DNA of 64,000 nucleotides, taken from contig JBDRKI010000055.1 of assembly GCA_043814095.1 (NCBI GenBank), forward strand, positions 1 to 64,000. The letters run 5' to 3'. Positions 56,398-64,000 of the stretch are shown piece by piece. The stretch is from Armatimonadota bacterium. Its GTDB lineage: Bacteria > Vulcanimicrobiota > JACPDS01 > JBDRKI01. The position numbers and the translations under genes were made by a program. The notes below the pieces were generated by a model. The model was not told the origin of the DNA, searched no databases, and worked only from the letters and a program-made list of their open reading frames with translations. The number at the start of each line of letters is the position of its first letter. The stretch's first letter is position 1.

Positions 56398-59300
56398 CTA
56401 CCCGCATTTAGAATAACCGCAGTTTCTGCAGATAGCGCATCCTTCAACATATTCAACGGGACCCTCGCATTCCGGACATATATCAGAAGAACCGTTGCCG
56501 GATGCTTTCCCGTTATCTGCCGCTTTTCTCTCTATTTTTCTCAGCTCTGCTCCTAATTCCTGCATGGCTTCCGCGGGCTGATCAAGTCCCGCTTTTATTT
56601 TCTGCTTGGAAAGAGAGATAAAATACGGAGTCTTTACCCATGCTCTTTCAAGAACCCTGGCCACGGCGTCAGAACAGGATAAGACTACCGCCTCTTTATT
56701 ATTCATGCACGCCGCGCATTTTTTGCCTTTAATCTGCTCAAGTATGTGCTTGATCTGCACGCCTGAGCTTATGGCCAGTGAAATAAATTTGCCCAGAACT
56801 TCAAAATTAACCGGAGAACAGCCCCCTGTATCTTCTTTGCCTTGGACAAGAACTTCGCATATGCCGTATTCGTCATAGTTTATGGTAATATAGACATTCC
56901 CTTCGCATATCTGGACTTTTTCGGTTAAACCGAAAGTAACCTCTGGTCTGCTTCTCGGAGAAATTAAATTCCTGTATGTCTTCAGGTGTTCAAAATTATA
57001 GAATGAGGCATCTTCCAGATCCAGGACATTTTTGGCAACTATCTGCTGTTTAGGCGATTTCTGAGGCGTGGCGGTCCCGACACTTATAACCTGTTCGCCC
57101 CTGGAGGCATGGCGGTAAATTGTTATACCCTTGCATCCCTCGCTGTAAGCCTGGTCAAATACCTGTTTGATATCATCACGCGTGGCGTCTTCCGGGAAAT
57201 TAACCGTCTTTGAAACCGCGTTATCGGTATACTTCTGGAAAGCGGCCTGCATCTTAACATGCCAAGAAGGAGTTACGTCATATGAAGTTGCAAACAGTTT
57301 TTTAAACTGAGCAGGCACCCCCCTTACGTTTTTCAGAGTGCCCTTCTGGGCAATCTCTTCCATTAGTTCTTCACTGTAGAAATCTTCTTTTTCCGCCATG
57401 TATTTAAAAACTGGATTTACTTCAACAAACTTCTCGCCGCCCAGTATCTGCCTTATAAAACAGATGCCGAAAAGCGGCTCTATCCCGCTTGAACAGTTCG
57501 CTATTATGCTTAATGTGCCCGTAGGAGCTATTGTCGTAACCGTAGCGTTTCTTAATCTCTTCCCTTTTTTCTCCCAGACGCTCCCTTTATAATTAGGGAA
57601 CGGTCCTCTTCTTTTAGCTATCTCGGTAGACTGCGAATAGGCTATTTCCTGTATAAAGCCCATAAGCTCTTCGGCAAGCTTGACGGCCTGGTTACTGTTA
57701 TACTGTATTCCCAGCATTATCAGAAGATCGGCAAATCCCATAACGCCAAGACCAATCTTGCGGTTGCCCTTAACCATCTCGTCTATCTGCTTCAAGGGAT
57801 ATTTATTCATGTCAATTACGTTATCCAGAAACTGAACAGCAAGACGGGTGCATCTTTCAAGCTTCTTGTAATCCACCTCAAAACTACCGTCTTTTTCCTT
57901 AACCATCTTTGAAAGATTGATTGACCCTAAATTGCAGGCCTCATAAGGCAATAAAGGTTGCTCACCGCAGTTCGAAACCACCAATCCATTAACACAAAAG
58001 GAATTGCTGGCCGGTTCGGTTAAATCGTAAACTTTTTTCCATCCTGTTTTAACTACTTCTAAAATTTTATCTTCAAACAACATTTTAGGAAATTTTTTGT
58101 TTTTAAGTTTTTTTACTCTTTCCTGATGTTTGCTTCCTATAAATCCGACTTTATTTAAAAAGGTTCTGGCATTTATACGGTTAATATTTACCTCAAAAAG
58201 AATTCCGTCGCAGATATATGTCTTTTCTTCCCCCTTGCTATTAGTATAGGAAAATTTTTCTTTAGGCAATCTTGATCTATCATATATCCTAGAGAATATT
58301 CCTAAATTTATCAAAAGCTTTTGCGTATCTTTTAATAACTCTTCAGATTTAGATGTTAATCTAACATAATAATTGCTGTTCTCTTTATCATACGCCGCAG
58401 TGCCGTCAGCTGTGAATAATCCTTTAAGGAATCCTATTACGGCCTCTCTGGGAGCCGTAAAAATAGATTCCGGGACTCTTTTATCATCTGCTTTTACCGG
58501 CTTTATGCCCAAAGACTTGAAAAACTCGACAAAATACTTGCTGTGATATGATAAATGAATTACGCCGTTTTCCCTCTCTACCTCTTTTACAGGGAAACCG
58601 TACCATTCATTTAAAATAGGCTTAATAATATCTAAAACCTCTAAATCATCTTTGCCGAAAGTAAATCCAACCCTGCAGTTCTTATCGCCGTCCCGGAGCC
58701 AGCCGTCGCCTACCAGAGATCCCAAAACAAGGCCCAGTTCATATGACCATTCTGAAGGCAGGTTTAATTTATAAGATTTACCGTTTTTACCTTTAAATTT
58801 ATTTCTTACTTCAAAGGGAAGTTTTTTGTTCTTACTGAAACCGCCTTCGCCGGATTGCAATAATATCTTATGAACATCCGGTTTTAAGTCTCCTGTCTTA
58901 ACCCAGCCGTCAGTTGTCATTATCTTATGATCCGGAGTTGCGGTAAGCTCAAAACCCGCTCGGGTTACAATTTTATAAACTTCTTTCTCGCCGCTTTCAA
59001 CAGCCCTGCTTATTAAATTAACGCTTACACCATCTTCAAATTCCACAACCGGCTGGTTATACGTGCCTTCCATCCTGGCGTTCATGTACTGATCTACCCT
59101 GTTATCGGTAACAACCCCCAACCCGCCTTTTGAATACATTTCAACTAAACGGTCCATTCTCATCAGACCGTACTGTGTTGAAACTAAAGAATCGCCCGTT
59201 ATGCACGGGTTAGTGCTTTCTATAGTCCCTATATGCGGTGTCGGGTTTGATTTATTAAGCCTGTCTATAAAAACTATGCCGGGCTCGCCGTTATGCCAGG

Positions 59301-60120
59301 CCATCTCAACTATAAGGTCAAAAATTTCCCTGGCTCTTAATTTATCTACCACTTCTTTTGTGTTAGGATTTACAAGATTGTATTCCTGGTCATTTACCAC
59401 TTTCTCCATGAAGTCTTCTGTAACACCGACAGATAAATTAAAATTGGTAAGTTCATTCGTGTCTTTCTTGGCGGTTATAAATTCAAGTATATCGGGGTGA
59501 TCGACATTCATGATGGCCATGTTCGCGCCTCTGCGGCTCCCTCCTTGTTTGATTACATCCGTAGCCGCATTAAAAACCCGCATAAAAGATAATGGTCCGC
59601 TCGCAAATCCGCCCGTTGTAGATACCCGGTCATTTTTAGGACGCAGGTTGGTAAATGAAAATCCGGTGCCCCCTCCTGATTTATGTATTAGAGCGGTATT
59701 CTTAACAGTCTCAAATATGGATTCCATGGAATCATTTACGGGCAGAACAAAACAAGCGGATAACTGCTGGAGATCTCTTCCCGCGTTCATTAAAGTCGGA
59801 GAATTCGGCAGGAATTCAAGATTGGCCATTAGATTATAAAAATCTTTTGTCTTTTCTTTTATATCAATAAAAGGCTCATATATAAGATCGGCGCTTGCTA
59901 TGTTAACTGCAACACGCCAGAAGAGATCTTCTATTGATTCAACCGGCTGGCTGTTTTCATCTTTTAATAAATACCTTTTTGCTACAACTGTTTTTGCGGT
60001 TTGGGATAATTCTACATTATGTTCTTTGACATTCTTCCCTATTTCTTCCATCTGCATCTGTGCAACTAAATTACATAAATTATTAGCTGGAGACAGCTTC
60101 TCTGGCATTATGACATCCAC
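56398..60120 (-). CDS. nrdJ: Adenosylcobalamin-dependent (class II) ribonucleotide reductase, intein-containing
   Basis: [23 protein letters not shown][intein]CGEQPL, TIAPTGT, C-terminal Cys-rich domain. Confidence 0.92.
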   Translation of the reverse strand: MDVIMPEKLSPANNLCNLVAQMQMEEIGKNVKEHNVELSQTAKTVVAKRYLLKDENSQPVESIEDLFWRVAVNIASADLIYEPFIDIKEKTKDFYNLMANLEFLPNSPTLMNAGRDLQQLSACFVLPVNDSMESIFETVKNTALIHKSGGGTGFSFTNLRPKNDRVSTTGGFASGPLSFMRVFNAATDVIKQGGSRRGANMAIMNVDHPDILEFITAKKDTNELTNFNLSVGVTEDFMEKVVNDQEYNLVNPNTKEVVDKLRAREIFDLIVEMAWHNGEPGIVFIDRLNKSNPTPHIGTIESTNPCITGDSLVSTQYGLMRMDRLVEMYSKGGLGVVTDNRVDQYMNARMEGTYNQPVVEFEDGVSVNLISRAVESGEKEVYKIVTRAGFELTATPDHKIMTTDGWVKTGDLKPDVHKILLQSGEGGFSKNKKLPFEVRNKFKGKNGKSYKLNLPSEWSYELGLVLGSLVGDGWLRDGDKNCRVGFTFGKDDLEVLDIIKPILNEWYGFPVKEVERENGVIHLSYHSKYFVEFFKSLGIKPVKADDKRVPESIFTAPREAVIGFLKGLFTADGTAAYDKENSNYYVRLTSKSEELLKDTQKLLINLGIFSRIYDRSRLPKEKFSYTNSKGEEKTYICDGILFEVNINRINARTFLNKVGFIGSKHQERVKKLKNKKFPKMLFEDKILEVVKTGWKKVYDLTEPASNSFCVNGLVVSNCGEQPLLPYEACNLGSINLSKMVKEKDGSFEVDYKKLERCTRLAVQFLDNVIDMNKYPLKQIDEMVKGNRKIGLGVMGFADLLIMLGIQYNSNQAVKLAEELMGFIQEIAYSQSTEIAKRRGPFPNYKGSVWEKKGKRLRNATVTTIAPTGTLSIIANCSSGIEPLFGICFIRQILGGEKFVEVNPVFKYMAEKEDFYSEELMEEIAQKGTLKNVRGVPAQFKKLFATSYDVTPSWHVKMQAAFQKYTDNAVSKTVNFPEDATRDDIKQVFDQAYSEGCKGITIYRHASRGEQVISVGTATPQKSPKQQIVAKNVLDLEDASFYNFEHLKTYRNLISPRSRPEVTFGLTEKVQICEGNVYITINYDEYGICEVLVQGKEDTGGCSPVNFEVLGKFISLAISSGVQIKHILEQIKGKKCAACMNNKEAVVLSCSDAVARVLERAWVKTPYFISLSKQKIKAGLDQPAEAMQELGAELRKIERKAADNGKASGNGSSDICPECEGPVEYVEGCAICRNCGYSKCG
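57970..59205 (-). mobile_element. Intein with LAGLIDADG homing endonuclease (412 aa)
   Basis: NP|CITGD...TPDH...LGSLVGDG...LKGLFTADG...VYDL...[11 protein letters not shown]. Confidence 0.92.
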
Positions 60121-60221
60121 CCACCCTTTCTATATCTGTTGCTATGTTAATTTTTAACAAAAATCTCTTATTTTACAACATCTTTTCTAATAAATTGCTA
60201 AAACGCGTATGCTACAGCTTA

Positions 60222-60304
60222 ATTTTAACATATCCCAAAATCAGTGTCAACTACATATAGTGGTTTTTAGTTAAAAATCAACCGATATGCACTATATGTT
60301 GTGT
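60222..60304 (-). promoter_or_regulatory. nrdJ promoter with two NrdR boxes
   Basis: TTGACA-17-TAAAAT (60250-60222); NrdR-like boxes aactacatatagtggt (60249-60264) and gcactatatgttgtgt (60289-60304). Confidence 0.75.
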
Positions 60305-60408
60305 AAAATGTCGAAAAATAAGGATAGTTTTGTATTTCACAAGCATCTTTAATTCTTACTTAACAAACAAAATCCTTTTTTCGTGTTAGCAATATTATAC
60401 TTATATCA

Positions 60409-60489
60409 AAAAATACTCCTTTTGGTACCATTTTTCATCAAAAATTACTCCATTTGACCTATATCCGTATACGCGGGGGGGGGTATAAT
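60409..60489 (+). promoter_or_regulatory. Conserved cassette promoter, copy 4, with G9 tract (60475-60483)
   Basis: aaaaatactccttttggtacc...ttgacctatatccgtatacgc-G9-tataat. Confidence 0.85.
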
Positions 60490-60582
60490 ATAGGTGGGAA
60501 GAGGAAAAGACACTTTCCGCGAGCAAGATTTAAAGGCATACAATGCCATTAAATAAAATCAAAAGAAAGGAGGTTAACCAAG

Positions 60583-61062
60583 GTGAAAAAGGTACTTATA
60601 GCACTAATAGCAATAGTATTTATGGCAACAGCGGCATTTGCGGGAACAACAGATACTCAGACAGTATATTATGAGATTGACGCGATTAACGAGATTGTAA
60701 TGGGTTCGGACACAACCTTAACAGTTAATGCAGCTAACGCAGGTTCAGAGCCAACCATGAAAACTAGCACTACACTGTATTATTCTGTAACTACTAATGA
60801 AACAGGAAAGAAAATAACAGGTTCAATTAATGCAAATATGCCTAGCGGCACAACACTTAATGCGTATATGGCAGAGGCGCCGGGCAATGGTGAAACTCTG
60901 GGAGAGATAGCGCTAAGTACAACCGCTGCGGACCTTGTAAGCAGCTTTGAAAAAACTGTTGATGCAAATATGAATTATTTCATGGAGTTAATTTCAACAG
61001 TCGCAGCCGGTCTGCCCGCTGACGGTTCCAGAGTCGTAACCTTTACATTAACGGATACATAA
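60583..61062 (+). CDS. Secreted pilin-like protein, cassette paralog 4
   Basis: Same signal peptide and conserved blocks; RBS AAGGAGGT, GTG start. Confidence 0.8.
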   Translation: MKKVLIALIAIVFMATAAFAGTTDTQTVYYEIDAINEIVMGSDTTLTVNAANAGSEPTMKTSTTLYYSVTTNETGKKITGSINANMPSGTTLNAYMAEAPGNGETLGEIALSTTAADLVSSFEKTVDANMNYFMELISTVAAGLPADGSRVVTFTLTDT

Positions 61063-61089
61063 ACAGATATTTTAAGTTAGTGTTAAATC

Positions 61090-61118
61090 AAAAACAGCTC
61101 CGAAAGGGGCTGTTTTTT
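61090..61118 (+). terminator. Bidirectional terminator of cassette 4
   Basis: aaaaacagctcc-gaaa-ggggctgtttttt. Confidence 0.8.
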
Positions 61119-61146
61119 AAATATTTCTACCAGCGATCATTTCTTT

Positions 61147-62127
61147 TTATGCGTTAACAGTCATGCTCTTTTTAAGTTCTTCTGTCAGGGCAGGGACTAT
61201 CTGAAACAGATCCCCGACTATTCCGTAATCGGCTATTTTGAATATATTGGCGTCAGGATCTTTATTTATGGCTACGATGCATTTTGATGTGGTCATGCCG
61301 ACTAAGTGCTGTATCGCCCCGCTTATACCGCACGCGATATAAAGGTTGGGTGATACGACTTTGCCTGTCTGGCCTACCTGGAACTGGTGGTCACGCCAGC
61401 CGGCATCTACCGCCATACGCGATGCGCCTACAGCGGCGTTTAAGGTTTTCGCTAAGCTTTCAAGTATTTTAAAATTTTCCTGTTCTTTTAAGCCGCGCCC
61501 GCCGGAGACAACAATTTTTGCTTCTGTTATTTCTAAAGTTTCTTCTTCAGGTTTTTCTAATTTTACCACTTTCCTGTTTAAAGTTTCAGGTATGGAGTAT
61601 TCAATATTTACAATGTTTGGAGAAGCGGGGTTTTCTTCCACTTCAAATATATTCGGTCTTACCGTTATTATCTGGGGATTGGTTTTAATTGCGGCGGTTG
61701 ATATAATTTTGCCCCCGTATACAGGTCTTTTAACTTCAATTCTGCCTTCGGAAGTAAGACTTAAGCTTACGCAGTCTGTAAGTACCGATGAATTTACTTT
61801 AGGAGCTAAAATAGATGCCAGTTCCTTGCCGTGTGTTGTTGACGGTATTAAAACTACATCAGGGGTATGTTTGTTTATAAGGTCGGTTAATATATCGGAA
61901 TAGATGTTTGTCTGATAATAATGCAGGGTATCATTTTCAAATGTGTAGATATTCTCCGCGCCGTATTTTGAGAGAGTTTCGGTAAGCGGGGATACTTTAT
62001 CTCCCAGTATTACTGCCGAAACAGAACCGCTAGTGTTTTTAATCAATCTTTTTGCTTCGCTTAAAAGCTCAAGGGTTGATTTTGATAATGTATTATGTTT
62101 ATATTCCGCGATTACCCAAATATTCAT
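61147..62127 (-). CDS. etfA: Electron transfer flavoprotein alpha subunit
   Basis: SGGRG, QVGQTG, GISGAIQH, AINKD. Confidence 0.93.
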   Translation of the reverse strand: MNIWVIAEYKHNTLSKSTLELLSEAKRLIKNTSGSVSAVILGDKVSPLTETLSKYGAENIYTFENDTLHYYQTNIYSDILTDLINKHTPDVVLIPSTTHGKELASILAPKVNSSVLTDCVSLSLTSEGRIEVKRPVYGGKIISTAAIKTNPQIITVRPNIFEVEENPASPNIVNIEYSIPETLNRKVVKLEKPEEETLEITEAKIVVSGGRGLKEQENFKILESLAKTLNAAVGASRMAVDAGWRDHQFQVGQTGKVVSPNLYIACGISGAIQHLVGMTTSKCIVAINKDPDANIFKIADYGIVGDLFQIVPALTEELKKSMTVNA

Positions 62128-62149
62128 GATTGCATCCTCCGTGTATTTA

Positions 62150-62917
62150 TTAAAGAACTTTTGCTTCTTTTAGTTTTTCTACCAGCTTGGTAACAACTTC
62201 GCCCGCTTCGCCTTCAAGTATTTCGCCCTGTTTTCTCTGGGGCGGATATTCTAATTTGGAAGTCCGGGTTCTTGTTTCATCCTGAGATATTCCCAGATCA
62301 GTAATCGTTAGCTCTTCTATGGGTTTTTTCTTTGCCTGCATAATGCCCATAAGAGATGCGTATCTGGGCTGGTTTAATCCTTTTTCAGCTGATATTATTG
62401 CCGGCAGGGAACATTCTATTACCTCTGTATTGCCTTCAATTTCTCTGCGGACAGAGCAGTTTTTGTCACTTATATCTATTTTAATAGCCGAGGAAACAAA
62501 AGGTATGTTTAATAAAGAAGAGATTGCCCCGGGTACGAACATTGCCCCGTCATCTACAGCCTGTTTGCCTGTTAAGATAATGTCATAGCCCAGTTTTTCT
62601 ATTGCTTTTGAGAGTATAAGGGCTGTTGAATAGCTGTCGGTTGATTCTGTTTCTGTTTTCACCCGGACGGCTTTTGTTGCTCCTAGAGCGAGACAGTTTC
62701 TCAGTACTTCCTGCGAAGTTGCTCCCCCCATGGTGATGGCCGTGATCTCGGCTTCTGGGTTTGCCTGTTTGATTCTTAAAGCTTCTTCCATGGCATATTC
62801 GTCATAAGGGTTTAAAACGAATTTGATGCCGCTTGTTTCTATGTTTGTCCCGTTTGAATTAATGCGTATGTTTGCTTCAGTATCCGGAACCTGTTTTGCC
62901 AGGACGATTATTTTCAT
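62150..62917 (-). CDS. etfB: Electron transfer flavoprotein beta subunit
   Basis: KQVPD, NPYDEYA.EEA, GKQAVD. Confidence 0.93.
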   Translation of the reverse strand: MKIIVLAKQVPDTEANIRINSNGTNIETSGIKFVLNPYDEYAMEEALRIKQANPEAEITAITMGGATSQEVLRNCLALGATKAVRVKTETESTDSYSTALILSKAIEKLGYDIILTGKQAVDDGAMFVPGAISSLLNIPFVSSAIKIDISDKNCSVRREIEGNTEVIECSLPAIISAEKGLNQPRYASLMGIMQAKKKPIEELTITDLGISQDETRTRTSKLEYPPQRKQGEILEGEAGEVVTKLVEKLKEAKVL

Positions 62918-63042
62918 AAAATTACCTCCTTGAACCAGTATAAATATATTTATAAGGTATCTTAATAATAAAGTCAAGAATTATGCATAAGATACGGATT
63001 GATATAAAGGGAATATAGTATTCTTTGAAGAAAAAAACATCT

Positions 63043-64000
63043 ATGAAGAAAAGGTCTGAAATACTTAATGCAGGTTTAAGCATAAGCGGTGCCGGGTCAG
63101 GAAAAACCGTTGATCAGATTACATTTGAAGCGATAGATAACGCGCTGAAAAATGCTCCTGTGGATTTTCATGATATAGACTGCTTTATATTCTGCGAGAA
63201 TAAAGATACGGGTATAATTAACCCCGGAGGATCAAATCTTTTCAACAGGATTGCAAGGCGGGAGGAATTTAATTCCAAAAGTATCTATAAAATTTTTCAG
63301 GACGGCTTATACGGCCTTTATATAGCCGATCTTATGCTTGCTTCAAAGCAGTATGATATTGTTATGGTAATAGCGAGCGGCAACCCTTCCTCGGGGAAAG
63401 ATTTTTCCGCGGGCAGTATAAGCGGTTCTGTAATAAATAAATTCAACCCTATTTCCATGGCAGGACTGGAGATGCGTAAATATCTGGCGCTGTCGGGCGA
63501 CGACAGGGACAATTGCGCCGAGATAGTCGCAGAAAGCAAAAGAAAAGCAGGTGATAATGTAAGGGCTAATTTCGGGGGAGAGATTTCAAAAGACCAGGTT
63601 TTAAATTCCGAGATAATATCGGAACCTCTGTCTGTTATGGATGTATCTCCTTCCGTGGACGCCTCTGCGGCTTTGATTGTTTCGTCGCCGGATATTATTA
63701 AGTCTCCCGAAAAAGTGTTTATAGACTCTATTTGCTGGGTTTTGGATAAGGGTGCAGGAAACGCGTTTTTTTCGGGCACTGATATAGGGTACCCTGCTCA
63801 TTTAGAGAATGTATCAGGGCAGATTTATGATAAAGCCAGGATAAGCAAAGTTATGGAAGAGATTGATTTATTTGAGCTGGAGGATTCCTATTCGTTTCAG
63901 CTGCTGCAGGCGGTAAAAGCGATGAAGCTGTCGCTGAATAAGAGCGCATTTGATACTTTTATGGAGAATAATAATAGGATTAATATCTCCGGCGGCTCCC
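63043..64000 (+). CDS. Thiolase-like protein (divergent, SCP2-thiolase type), truncated by the window end
   Basis: Hand-translated; absent from the ORF track because it has no stop in the window: MKKRSEILNAG...ISEPLSVMDVSPSVDASAALIV...IDLFELEDSYS...INISGGS. Confidence 0.65.
   Translation, partial: MKKRSEILNAGLSISGAGSGKTVDQITFEAIDNALKNAPVDFHDIDCFIFCENKDTGIINPGGSNLFNRIARREEFNSKSIYKIFQDGLYGLYIADLMLASKQYDIVMVIASGNPSSGKDFSAGSISGSVINKFNPISMAGLEMRKYLALSGDDRDNCAEIVAESKRKAGDNVRANFGGEISKDQVLNSEIISEPLSVMDVSPSVDASAALIVSSPDIIKSPEKVFIDSICWVLDKGAGNAFFSGTDIGYPAHLENVSGQIYDKARISKVMEEIDLFELEDSYSFQLLQAVKAMKLSLNKSAFDTFMENNNRINISGGS

Noticed and set aside
322-61062. Diversity-generating retroelement as the source of paralog variation
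   Set aside because: Differences between copies involve all four bases, many synonymous changes and indels rather than adenine-specific substitutions; no reverse transcriptase or near-identical template repeat in the window
63318-63801. Minus-strand ORFs at the window end
   Set aside because: Antisense to a thiolase-like + strand frame starting at 63043 that runs off the window

Overview
A 64-kb stretch of AT-rich bacterial chromosome. PgpH, DUF4912/GH57, a Gram-positive-type LexA-like box and NrdR boxes suggest a Terrabacteria-like lineage (inference only). The housekeeping backbone includes lysC-dapB-dapA-dapD, glycogen genes (GH57, glgA), flagellar rod/hook genes, a GT2/radical-SAM/GtrA modification cluster, HD-GYP proteins, alpha-2-macroglobulin, pgpH-ybeY-dgkA-hlyC-cdd, cytochrome c maturation genes, an intein-containing class II ribonucleotide reductase and etfAB. 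The standout feature is a dispersed family of self-contained ~700-bp cassettes: four intact (146-861 +, 10145-10847 -, 40024-40734 +, 60409-61118 +) plus one 5'-truncated copy (about 42532-42822). Each intact cassette has a near-identical promoter with a poly-G tract (G11, G12, G12, G9) directly before TATAAT, a strong RBS with GTG start, a ~160-aa secreted pilin-like protein with conserved framework and hypervariable segments, and a conserved tail with terminator. This looks like a phase-variable repertoire of surface-protein variants scattered through the genome. Also present: an IS end at the window start, several small toxin-antitoxin/defence inserts with palindromic operators (one flanked by a perfect 40-bp direct repeat), a leaderless Fic-MerR gene, an unannotated 15-aa basic peptide in its own transcription unit and a candidate sRNA. 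All calls are from motif recognition by eye; no database searches were run.
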